DNA from: Rhynchobatus australiae
Taxonomy: Eukaryota
Direction of reading: 5' to 3'
Length of the DNA: 64,000 bases
NCBI GenBank assembly: GCA_034780895.1
Contig: JAUZTB010000017.1
Location: forward strand, 30,956,285-31,020,284
Below are positions 50,286 through 61,964 of the stretch, in pieces (the first letter of the stretch is position 1; every line of letters starts with the position of its first letter). Both the position numbers and the translations under genes were made by a program. Under the pieces are notes generated by a model. That model had not been told where the DNA came from. It saw only the letters and a list, made by a program, of their open reading frames with translations, and did not search any database.

Positions 50286-52693
50286 AAAAAAAAATTAGTG
50301 CATTAATTTAGAAAAACATCAGTGACTTAATATGGCCATCCATGAGGAATGATCTGGTCATTGGAAAAGGGAGAGCCTGATCTTGTCTACCCAATAACTT
50401 TCATGCCTAATATTGTATGTCATCCATATTGCTTCAGGCTCCTCTCTTAGAGAATCAAAGCAAGATTTATTGCTTCAAGTAAATGCCAAAAGCCAACTTT
50501 TCTACCCCAGGACACAATGGAGGATTTCTACCAACCACAAGTCTGATGTGATCAATTGTGCTCCACATGCCAATGATGTACATAAAAGGGTATCAGCCCA
50601 TGCAAAAGTATAGGTGCACTCATATGAGAGCTTTTATGCTTTCACCAAGAAACCTGTGGTATTTGATCAAACACACAGAAGTTTCTTGGAGTATCTTTGC
50701 TTTGGCAGCTATTGACTCCACTTGCACAGAAGAATTCTGCAAATGCATTATGGCTTAGTCGACCATTTTTGTGTCTGCAAGTTATGCCCTTTAGGCTAAT
50801 TACATGATTCACCCCATTCTAAGTTGATTTTGTATCTCCTAGAATTTCTATTTGATAAATAAAAATTGAATTTTCTTCATCCACTTTTTTTTTGTGATGG
50901 GGATATTGCTGTCAAAGACCATCACTTATTGCCCATTTATTATTGCCTTAAACTGCTGCTGTAATGTCATGATACATCTGAATGGCTTGCTGGACAACTT
51001 CATAGGAATTTAAAAGTCAAATAAGCCTAGATTTATGTCTAGGTCAGAGTAGGTAAAGGTGTCAGATTTTTTTGTGTAAAGGAGAGTAGTGAACCAGTTG
51101 TGTAATGGTTAGCTTTGTATACGCAGGTCTCTCAATAGGAGAGGCTTTTCTATCTTGCCTGCAATAACCTCTGTGGAGCCTGCCTGCTTATCAGAAATTA
51201 TGGGCTTTTTCCACAGTTTACATAAGTTGAGGGCTTCTCCCTCACCTTATAAAGTTTATAGATGAGGCCTCCATCCTGCATCTCAGAGCAAGGTTACACT
51301 AAAATGCTTATAGAAAGTTTGCACTTTGGCATGGTTTTCTTGAAGGTCAGTGGCATTCCTGTCTCTGTGTACTTTCTTGTGAGCAGTTCAACAAGATTTG
51401 CTTTTAATGCTTTTCGTGAATGGTTTCCTGGCTTTTGACAAAACTTCAACTCAATTCAGAATCACAATTTATTTTGAAAACCATTTTGTCTCAGCAAGAG
51501 CTCCCTCTACAGTACAGCTGAAACATGGCATGACTGCACCACCCTGTGGGCTTTTGGGCCATACCTTATATTCATTCCTTCCATGGATTGTGCAGGCAGA
51601 TCAAGACTCAACACCATCAAGCCACAGGAGGGGCATAATTTAAGCTCATTTTGTCCAATGTTATTATGATCATTATAGAATTCTCTTGCATCTTAGAGAT
51701 GGCTTCTTGCTCTTTTCCTTGGTTGTAACATACCCACTCGTGCCCTCACTAGGATCACAATTTTTCTTCATTATTAATAAAAGCCATAGCATTAAATAAT
51801 GGTGTATTTAAAATTATTGATTCATGTTTTTGTTGACTGTTAAACGTGGATTTATTTGAAATGCTTGGCTTTGCAGTTCAAACATTTTGCAACTCTCCTT
51901 GTGTGTGTGTTCGCTGTCACCTAGTGTGCAATNNNNNNNNNNNNNNNNNNNNNNNNNNNNNNNNNNNNNNNNNNNNNNNNNNNNNNNNNNNNNNNNNNNN
52001 NNNNNNNNNNNNNNNNNNNNNNNNNNNNNNNNNNNNNNNNNNNNNNNNNNNNNNNNNNNNNNNNNNNNNNNNNNNNNNNNNNNNNNNNNNNNNNNNNNNN
52101 NNNNNNNNNNNNNNNNNNNNNNNNNNNNNNNNNNNNNNNNNNNNNNNNNNNNNNNNNNNNNNNNNNNNNNNNNNNNNNNNNNNNNNNNNNNNNNNNNNNN
52201 NNNNNNNNNNNNNNNNNNNNNNNNNNNNNNNNNNNNNNNNNNNNNNNNNNNNNNNNNNNNNNNNNNNNNNNNNNNNNNNNNNNNNNNNNNNNNNNNNNNN
52301 NNNNCTATTCCAGGGTGTGTGCATACAGAGGTTAATATTTTTTTTACAAACCCTATTTAACCCTCTATATTCAGGCTACAAAACAATCCTCGACTTGCAG
52401 GTGTTTTCACCCTGTGCTGAGAGAAGATGTCAGGAAACGTTTTTGATTAACTAGGTAAGAACAGTGCTTTTAATCCTTTTAATTGAATTCTGAGGCTTTC
52501 TGCTAATTTAAGTTGAGGCTTCACCTGGTAGCAAACAGCAGTTGTTACACAGGCAAGATGATATTTGCTAGTGGTTGTAAATGAAATGTACTTTAACCAT
52601 AAGAAGTTTTCGGCCGACCTTTGTCAAAACAAGCATTATTTTTGGGCAAGATTGTGGTTACTCATGATGAAATAAAATGAGTATTATTGTTTG

Positions 52694-52754
52694 CTCTCCT
52701 TCAACTGATTAGGTGTTCATATGCAGAATGAACATGAAATCAGTTGAAGGAGAG
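52694..52754. other. Strong stem-loop (17-bp perfect stem + 7-bp inner stem, 7-nt loop)
   Basis: ctctccttcaactgatt (52694-52710) / aatcagttgaaggagag (52738-52754); tgttcat (52714-52720) / atgaaca (52728-52734). Confidence 0.9.
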
Positions 52755-54539
52755 GCATTTTAAGTATATTCTAATCATTGTATGCAGAATACAGTTGGAT
52801 ACAGTAACAGAAACTTCAGTAACTTTTGATTTTGCTTGTAAATGTCATGCCCCTACTGGCACTGTGATTACAGCAGGTTGGCTAACCAGTTTGGGAGATG
52901 GAACACCTTGATTATGTTATGTGCTTAATACTTGTTTATAGACAAGTTATCACAAGGAAAATTAAATATCTTTTTCCCATACAGTATAGGAAGTATTGCT
53001 AGTAGTTTTGAGTGCCCTATTTTAAATAAATTGCAAGTGGGACACTGCTGGTTTGATGATCTGATTTTCTACATGCAACCAGAGCTACTTATTAGCTAAT
53101 TAATTCATCTACTCCCTGGCACAATGGAAGACAATAACACATACAGTGCAAAATAGGTTCATTTTATTCTAGGATTTAAATATTTTAAAAATAACTGAAG
53201 GCACCACACAGTTTGAATCCGGAAAGCTGACCCATTAGATTCTGCAACATTAATAGCTGCCTTTAGAAAAATCCATGGTAGGAAAATAGAACTGAATTAA
53301 ATGTAAACAGAAATCAAATAACTAAGTATTCCAGCTGCTGGTTGAAAATCAGTTGGATCTGGCATCAATTAACATTCTGTCCATATGAATGGCCCATTCA
53401 TAGAACTATTCCTCCACGTGGTCCATAATTCTTTGTGTGATGCCAAATGTGTGAACATGATACAGATGTGCTGTACAAAGTAACACATAACATGTTCAAC
53501 TATCTCACTGATGCTATCCAATGTTAATAACTTTAGTAAGATGCATGAGAAGATTGTGCATTTGACGGAGCGCTCACTTTGCTGTGCTTTTTGATTTATT
53601 CAATTGTGCTGTTTGATATATATCCAAGGATAGTTGACACAACATGATTAACATTTCTGACCAGAGTTAAAAGAACACAAATAATTTGAGTATATTCTAA
53701 CAACGAAAGGTTTACTGGTTTCTATCATTTTTTTAAAGTTTTAAACGGGAATAACACCAATTGTGGTAATGATCCAATTGAAAGAGCTTTAATTAGTAGT
53801 TAGCTGTTATCAAGCCTTAGGCATTCCTGCTTGCTGTGTATCCCAGAGATATCATCAGTGTTAATTCTAGTAAAAATCAACAAAAAGAATTTTTAAAATG
53901 TACACCAAAGGTAAAGTTAAATTCAAGATGAGGATTTGCTTGCCATCAGCTATTTATTGCATTAAGCCATACCACCTGAATGGTCGATTTCCTGCTACTC
54001 CAGTCTGTTTTGTTCCACTTGGACCTTCCATTGTTCCAACTATTACGTGATGTGTATTGTTGAAGTTTCCTTTACTTGAGTGGTAGTTTTGTCATGCTTT
54101 CCATCCTGCTGTGAATTGGGTATGACAGGCTTCCAAGGATTAAATCGACAAGTCAGGCAGCAGAAGCTTTTCTTATGTTGGGGGAGTGATGCCTGCCAGA
54201 TTTGGAAGTCAATTGCTTGTTATTGATTTCAATAATACATATGGCTGTTTTAAGCTATGCATTCACTGACTTCCTGTGGCAGCTGTCTACCCATAGAGGA
54301 GCCAGCATACTTGGTTGAATACACCAAGGCCAAAGTGGTTGTTTGGCTTTTTTTTGGAGAATCCATGTCCCAGTGCCCCATGCAATCCTGAGAGATTCTG
54401 CAGTCAGAAACCATTGCTGAGATGAGGTTGGCATTGAATGATCCTGAAACNNNNNNNNNNNNNNNNNNNNNNNNNNNNNNNNNNNNNNNNNNNNNNNNNN
54501 NNNNNNNNNNNNNNNNNNNNNNNNNNNNNNNNNNNNNNN

Positions 54540-56400
54540 AGACCTTGCTGTAGCAGCTGCGGTTAGGCCCGACCTCTACTTGATCTCAGGGATGGCTTCT
54601 TCAGCGATGTAGGGAGATGGTTAGAAGAGCCTGCTCAGTTCTGAAGTGGATAATAGTGAGAGAGGTGGGTAGGAAGTGGTGGGTCCTTTTCAATTTCTGG
54701 TTGTAGTTGGGCAATAAGCTTGGCTTGCTTCCATTCCTTTGGCACTCTTTTAGTGTGGTGGCTATCTGTAGAATTGCCCTCTCACCCTGATTCTCCAAAA
54801 TTGCAGGATATAATTCTGCCTGATCTGGCATTGTTTTTGTTTATCACAGTAGTTAATATTGCATTTTTCTCACTCTAGGGAGGAATGGTTTGCATTTAGT
54901 TGACTATTCCACATTATTCCTCATTACCTCCATTCATTGCTGCTTACTCTTCTAAGTGGAGGTGGAGAGCATTTGTATTTTCAGTGACTTCAAGGGGAGA
55001 GATACTGGGAGGTTGGATAAACCCAAGGTGCTGGAAAAGTAGCCAGGCTTGGGGGCTGATTGGGTGAAGTTCTAGTTTTCCATTGCCTCATTCCAAGGCT
55101 CGAAGCAGTTGGAGTTAAGAATTCTTGCAGAGTGGCTTCCTTATCCATGTCACTATTTCTGTGGCATTTCCATGAGATATTCTTTGATTCTTGTGTTGAT
55201 GAGGAGGTGGATTTCTTGCAATCGCTGTAGGACATGTGCCTTTTTTTATGGTTCAGCACAAAAAGTTAATGTATTTTGGGGAACTTCAGTAGTGCTTTAA
55301 GATATGGAATCAGACGTTCAATGTCTTTGGCAAAAACTGATGAATCTGCACATCCAAATTTCCAGCAAAGAAATGGCCAGGAGCAATTGACTGACAAATT
55401 ACTCCTCAGGCTGATGATAGCTAGGCAGTGTTGGCCGTAGGGAGATAGTTTGCAACAGATTGTTTTCCTGGAACCGGATTTCCCTTTTGGTCTTGAGTGA
55501 GGAAACAACAGCTTCTTATTTGTTCCTATTTGGCAGACACTAAAAGGTCAGTGTTGATTGGGGTCAAGGAGCAGGAAGCATCAGCAGCTGATGACCAATG
55601 CAACAGCAGCTTGCCTGCCAGGGTGCTCGAGCCATAGACCCAGTTGTGGTTGTAACTGTTAAGGTCACTTACATTGGTAGTTAGGCAGAAAAAAGTGAGG
55701 AGCTATGATTTTTGACCACTCATTCTGAAGGCTGTAGACAATAGCAATAATAACCATCCTCACTTTTAAATAGTGTCTTCATCTCTTGAGGCATAACATT
55801 TGAGTACAGTGGAGAGAACTTTGTTGCTTGATATACTAGACGTGCCCTTGGCACCTAAGACACAGATGGTGCAGATCTTTGTCAGTTTTGTACTTATTGG
55901 TTTGTTCTTGCAGATTTCTTGGATGGCAAGAACACTGGTGTTGTCTCTTGGTGTCCATTATAGGTAGTCAAATTTGTAGGGAGGCAATCCTCCTTTATTG
56001 ATCTCATTCTTGCTGCTGATGGTTTGTATTGATTCTGAGAATAACTGTTTATAATATGTCATGTTAACTGAGATTATCAATGGCCATGTGACAGGGTTTG
56101 TTGATTTCATCGATGTGAAATTGCTCTTTCCAAGAAAGCGTAACCAGATCAGTGTATAAAGGGACAGAGAGGTGTGGCAGTAGCAAGAATGCTGTATGTG
56201 AAAAGAGGTCAGTATCACAGTAGATAGAATCAGTGAGTAATTTTTGGATGCTCTGGTGGGGATTTCTGTGACATGGGTCTATGACGCCCACTTAGTAAGG
56301 TCACAGAGTTGGAGAGGATTGCTGATTGGGACGAGGGTTACTCGGTCTTCTGGAGGGAATTTCAGGTCTGAGGTGGGCCAATAAGTAGGAGGAGTGACAT
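54540..56400 (-). mobile_element. Very degenerate L1/Tx1-like LINE
   Basis: Minus-strand traces: MGVIDP..RNP (endonuclease xGLIDxWRxxNP-like), KTMPDQAELY (KAPGPDG..EFY-like), TISL upstream of a YRPISL-equivalent position; numerous stops. Confidence 0.4.
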
Positions 56401-56814
56401 GATGTTACTAAATTATGATTGAGTTCCCTCTTAAGATAATAAGGCCTGGGATTTTTCATGTTTGCTTATGACAAATAGTCATCTATGTAATGAGTTTTAA
56501 AATCTTTTAATGATTTCCGGAATCTATTCCTTCAATATATTTCTGGTACATTCCCAGTTAATGCAAGGATAATTGAAATGGGCAACTATTATCGCTTTGC
56601 TTTTTATACTTCCCAAAAATTTGCCTGCAAATTTTTGATTTTTCTACCTCCCTCTGTTTGGAGCCCAATTGTGCACTCTCACCAATGCAATTATACTTTT
56701 CAGTTTCTCAATTTAACCTATGATATTATTTGTTATTTTTTTAAAGTATGTTATCCCTTCTCACAGCTCTGTTTCTTTAACCAATATTGCTGTGTTTCTT
56801 CCATTTTATCTATC

Positions 56815-57375
56815 AAATCAAAGTTGAGTTTATTGTCATATGCACAAGTGCAATGGAAAAACTTGCTTGCAGCAACATCACAGGCACCATAGCATCATAT
56901 AAGTAGCATTCACAAGAAAAACATAAATTAAAACGTGTACACGATCTGTACAAGAAAGAATACAATTAGAACAAATAAGTTCAATTTTAGTGCAAAGTGA
57001 TCAAAATGGTCATGGTGTTACCACACTGCAGTGACTAGGGTTCTGCTCGTCAGTTCAAGAACCAAATGGTTGAAGGGAAGTAGCTGTTCATGAACCTGGT
57101 GGTCTGGGGCTACGGGCTTCTGTGCTTCCTGCCCAATGGTAGCTGCAAGAAGATGGCATGGCCCAGATGGTGGGGATCTTTGATGTTGCTGCCTTGAGGT
57201 AGTGCCCCCTGTAGATAGGAAAGGTGGGGAGGGATGTGCCTATGATGTACTACTCTCTGCAGCTGCTTGTTTTCCTGCACATTCAAATTGCTGTACCAGA
57301 CTATGATACAACCAGTCAGGATACTTTCAACAGTACATCCATAGAAGTGTGTTATAGTGTTTGGTGACAAGCTGG
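56815..57375 (-). mobile_element. Rex1/Babar LINE 3' portion
   Basis: ORF 57110 LSPNTITHFYGCTVESILTGCIIVWYSNL; reverse complement of 16190-16750. Confidence 0.85.
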
Positions 57376-57849
57376 TTGTGCTGGTTGCATGTTCTTGATA
57401 CAGCTCAACATCCAAATGTTTCAAACTTCTTCAATTGCCAGTTCTGATATTATCTGTTTAAGCTGAGGTCAGTGTTTCCAATTTACTTGCACAGGTGTAC
57501 ATCAGTATTCCAGAGGTTTCCATTGCAGTTTGTAAAGAGTTTTGAACTGATTTTTAATAATGCATGAAATACTGGCATTTTACAAGGGTGAAATATCTAT
57601 CATTATACTACCTTGAGCTCCCAGTAATTTAGTTTAATGTAAGTGGAATGCTTTTAAGCATGTCAACAAGCAGAAGTCTAGGTTGCAATGTATGCTCAAT
57701 TATCATGATATCTGCATATAGTTAGCTTCACAAATTCATGAAGCTTCGATGCATTTATTCACTTCAGCTGGATCTGCAGAGGACCCTCATGGGTGTTGTA
57801 TTGAACCATGGGTGGTGATGCAGCCATGATTACTTGCTCAATATCATAC

Positions 57850-58157
57850 GACATGGAAACATGACCAGTGGTCACACATCTATATTAATCCTGTCCTCCA
57901 GCACTTGAACCATAGTCCTCAATGCCTGGGCAATTCAAGTGCTCATCGGCACACTTCTTAAATGTAGTTAGCAATTCTGCTTCCACCACTCTCTCCAGCA
58001 GTGCATTGCAGGTGCTTGCCACTCTCTAGGTGAAAAAAGTCTCCCTTAAATCCCCTCTAAATCTCTTAACTCTTATTCCATGTCCTCTAGTTTTATTTAC
58101 CTCCTAAGGGCAAACATTCTTGCCACTATCTATACCACTCATAAATTTATATACCTC
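57850..58157 (-). mobile_element. CR1 3' end
   Basis: catggaaacatgacc...ctgcttccaccactctc...gccactctctaggtgaaaaaagtctcccttaaatcccctctaaatctc...ataaatttatatacctc. Confidence 0.7.
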
Positions 58158-58287
58158 AGAGGACCTGGAGGAAACCCATGCGGTCACAGGGAGAATCTGC
58201 AAACTCCACACAGATGCAGTCAGGATTGAACCTGGGTCACTGGCACTGTGAAGCAACTGCACTGCTAGCTGCACCACTGTGCCACCT
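58158..58287 (-). mobile_element. HE1/V-SINE 5' part
   Basis: Reverse complement ggtggcacagtggtgcagctagc...gacccaggttcaatcctgac...tgtgtggagtttgca..ttctccctgtgaccgcatgggtttcctccagg. Confidence 0.8.
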
Positions 58288-59079
58288 AAATATATTAAAG
58301 ATATTAAACTTTCTTTATGCCTATTTGTGATGAAAGCCCAGAATAAACCCAATTTTTAATTTAATTCCCATTAGAAGAACTAAAAAAAACTGCAAACTTC
58401 ACATGCTTGAAAGATATGGAATGGCTAAGGCAGGCGGACAAATACTCAAGATTCTAGGGCACTATTCAGAAGTCAAACCAGAATGCTCAACTTGCTGAGT
58501 ATTTTTAGAATTTTTTTGTTTTTATTTCAGATTTCCACCATCTGCAGATTTTTATCATTCCAAAAGAATTGACAAAAGGAGCTTTTTTTAACCTTAAAAC
58601 TGTAATCTAGGTATAAAGCAAATTGATTATTTTTAAAGCTTTTTTTTCATGGTGTAGAAGTCTTGATGTGTTACTGATGGGTATTAACAGGTAGAAGTTT
58701 AATTTGCCCTGTTTAACTGCACAGTCTTCCAGTTTTTGTCTGATTCTCAAGGGGAAGGTTATAGGTTTATTAATCAAAATTAATCTAAAATGTGTTGACA
58801 AATTCCCTCATCTTGACTAAAATATTGTAAATGAAAAGGCCACTTTACCATGAAATTTACCACTTAAATTAAATTGATTCTACGTGGGATCAACNNNNNN
58901 NNNNNNNNNNNNNNNNNNNNNNNNNNNNGTTTTTATTAAAGTAAATGTGGCTGTGTTCAATTTGAGGCATTTACAGTGATTTTCAATATTCTAAGGAGAC
59001 TGATTATCAACCACTACCAAGCCTTAAATTGCAATGGAAGCCAATGAGGATAAAATTTTTGTTCAAGAAATGGAGACTT

Positions 59080-59098
59080 GAGCCACTAGATGGAGCCA
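59080..59098 (+). promoter_or_regulatory. Candidate CTCF binding motif
   Basis: gagCCACTAGATGGAGCca closely fits the CTCF core CCA(C/G)(C/T)AG(A/G)(T/G)GGCGC with one mismatch; motif only. Confidence 0.45.
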
Positions 59099-59199
59099 GA
59101 GCCACTATTCTCAAACTATGTGTGAACTTGCCTTTTGGAGGTTTTTGTTTTGTTCATGACCATTGTTGGGGTTTTTAGGTTGTTGCTTTGTGGCACTGA

Positions 59200-59690
59200 A
59201 TTGCCCACATCAATTGTCCACACCAATAGGCTAGGATACCAGCTAGATAATTTGCATACCTGGGAGCCCCTTCAATTTTTGTGGAGAGATGAGGTCAGCA
59301 AGAAGGTTGCCTCGGTATCCATCAGAAAACTGGCTGCCAAGTGTTTACCAGGGAAACAGAGATAAAGATTCAGGATGTGCTCAAAGTTTCCTTGAAGTAC
59401 AGCATTTCCACTAACTCCTAGGAATCTCTGGCCTTGACTGCTCGACATGGAGAAGGAGCATTCTGGATGGCACATGGGAGTATACAAAAGCCTTGTGTAA
59501 GTGGTGGAATACATACACCACCTCACAAGCTATTTGTCCACCTCTGTCAACCACCACCTACCCAATCTATGGAAGTCTGTGGATCTCTCATTGGCCTCAT
59601 TTAGCTAGCTCAAAACTGGAGTGGAAGCAAGTCAACCTCATTTCTGAAGGGTTGCCAATAAGGAAGGAATCAAGACATAATGGCCTAGTA
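59200..59690 (+). mobile_element. RTE-clade LINE 3' relic
   Basis: FAYLGA..DEVSKKVA, then RFRMCS/KIQDVLKVSLK (KRFKDxLKxSLK-like) and LALTARH/LDCSTWRRSI (LAxDRxxWRxSI-like) across frameshifts. Confidence 0.55.
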
Positions 59691-59944
59691 GTGCCATCAC
59701 ATTGTAAATATCTTTGTGCTTCAAAATACGTTTTAATGTAGACTTGATCTCTATGTGATTGTAACACCTGAGGTGCAAATTACAACTTTCAGTTGTGTGT
59801 AATGTGCACACACAGGAAGCTCTTAGTGTGACGCCTCCCCTGTGAAATTAGTTCATGGATATGCATGCATGACATAGTGGGAAAGCAGGTCTGAATTGCA
59901 GGAGTGAGCACCAGTGCTGGTCAAAGTAATCATCATTTTAAAGT

Positions 59945-60590
59945 GGAGACAGAAGGGACTGCAGATTCTGGAATCTGGAGCAACATACACTCAGGTCAAG
60001 CAGCATCTGTGGGAGGTAAGGAATTGACAATATTTCAGGTCAAAACCCTGCATCGGGAATGAGTGGAGAAGCAAGATGGCCAATATGAAGAGGGGAAGGG
60101 GAGTGGTGAGACAAGAGCCAGAGGTGATTGGTGGACTGAGGAGGGGTGCAAGGTGATACATAGGTTGTACCAGGCAGGGGAGGGGAGTAGGGGTAGAGTT
60201 GGGATGAAGTAGCAGGTGAATGATAGATAGAGACAGAGAGAAAGAGAGGAAAAATATTAAGAGGCAGATGGAGCAAGGTGGGGGAAGGAGTAGCAGGTGA
60301 ATGATAGATAGAGACAGAAAGAAAGAGAGAAAGAGAAAGAAAGAGAGAAAGAGAGGAAAAATATTAAGAGGCAGATGGAGCAAGGTGGGGGAAGGGGACT
60401 GTGAAGATAGGAGACAGCTGCTAAAGGGAGATGAGTAGAAACACAAAGCTACCAGTGCTGGACTCTGATAAGGAGGTGAGAATGGGAATCATCAGGGGAG
60501 AGGTGAATGACAGTTGGAACCAGAACCGGGAAGGGTGATGAACACTTTGGGTGAACTCTGTGTGTGTGAGTGAGAGAATCAGGAGGGTAA
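59945..60590 (-). mobile_element. Penelope-derived element with hammerhead-like unit and purine-rich body
   Basis: Reverse complement of the 24780-25435 family; core attc CCGATGC AGGGTTTTGACCT GAAAT ATT (60024-60060). Confidence 0.7.
60211..60397. repeat. Tandem duplication (~80-105 bp) with GA microsatellite expansion
   Basis: agcaggtgaatgatagatagagacag...aaagagaggaaaaatattaagaggcagatggagcaaggtgggggaagg occurs twice. Confidence 0.85.
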
Positions 60591-61199
60591 TTATTTTAAA
60601 GAACCCTCTTTACAGCCACAACATTGAAGCCGCAACAGTTTTGAACACTGTATGTTTGTTACACAAAGCACTGGTGCTTTGACTATGATTCATTGAACCT
60701 GTGGCATAACCAGGAGCTGGAGAAGAGGATTCAGAGGCAATGCCATCTTTGCAGAGAAGATCAAAAAAGGATGGAAGAGAAGCTCTGACTGAGATGGCAT
60801 ATCCCCCAAAGGTTTTCCAAGAGCATTGCTCCTATATCAACCTGTCTGAAGAGCAACTAAGATAGTAGCTAATTTAGGTTCTGTCCAGAAGTGCTGTCAG
60901 GATGTGCCTTACAGCTCCAAGGTTCATTCAAGAATTCGTTCCCATTTAACTTGGTTAAAACAGAGAGGCAATGCATTCCTCAAGTAGCAGGATCTGACCA
61001 CCATTCTGACTTTGAATAATAAGTAGCAGTACTACTGTTCAACAATAGTTCCTGGTCAGGACCACTTCCAACAAACAGATGTCTCACCATTTCTTTGATA
61101 TACAGCAGACATTATCATTGCTCATTANNNNNNNNNNNNNNNNNNNNNNNNNNNNNNNNNNNNNNNNNNNNNNNNNNNNNNNNNNNNNNNNNNGTCTAT

Positions 61200-61500
61200 A
61201 CATGCCTCTTTGAGTGGTTCAACCTGCTTCACAAAGTCATTCCAGCATCTGCAAGACACAAGTTTAGCTTGCGAGTTCACTTCAATTTCAAAGACACTTA
61301 AGAATACTCTGCACTTGTCTCTGTAAATGTAGCTCCAATCATCAGTGAACATCCCTATTTCTGTATTTGGGGGAAGAAGTAGTTTGCTTTTGAAGCAGCT
61401 GAAGATGTTTGGGCCTTGGACATTCTCCAGACAAATTCTCACTGTGATGTCCTAGAGCTGAGAGATTGAGCTCCAACAATCATAGCCACCTTCCATTCAC
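61200..61500 (-). mobile_element. CR1/L2-group LINE RT fragment
   Basis: ORF 61125 NVQGPNIFSCFKSKL...EIGMFTDD resembles GSVLGPTIFSCFINDL...EVGMFADD. Confidence 0.65.
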
Positions 61501-61840
61501 TGCTCTCCAACAGTCAATGGAACATCATATTATTGGTGTGCACCAGGGAGAATAATCTCCAACCTTCCTGTTACATCCCTACCCTACCCTACCCAGCAGC
61601 CCACCAGAGGACATAGAAGGCTTTCAAACATTGAAGACATCTGGGCCATCTGAGAAGATTTCATAGTTGTCAGCAATAGATTCTCTGACCACAGGGAATC
61701 AAACAAAGATGGGCTCCCTAACTTGTGCTCAGTTAGGCCTCCTTTCATCACAAGACAAAGGAGCAGAAATAGGCTATTCGGTTTTGTCCTACCAGCTGCA
61801 TTTCATGTGGTTTCTTGCATTGAAGCAGTGACATCAAACA

Positions 61841-61964
61841 AATTCCAGATGAAGGGTCTCGACATGAAATGTCAACTGTCAATTTTCCTCTGTAGATGCT
61901 GACAGACCCCCTGAGTTCCTCCAGTGTCTTGTGTTGCTCTGGATTCAAGCATCTGTAGTCTCTT
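61841..61964 (+). mobile_element. Penelope-derived repeat with near-consensus hammerhead core
   Basis: attc CAGATGA AGGGTC tc GACAT GAAAT GTC aactgt (61842-61879), then gatgctgacagaccccctgagttcctccag...gcatctgtagtctc. Confidence 0.7.

Noticed and set aside
51846-52454. Long ORFs spanning N runs (also 62092-62412, 63565-63982)
   Set aside because: Artefacts of translating assembly gaps
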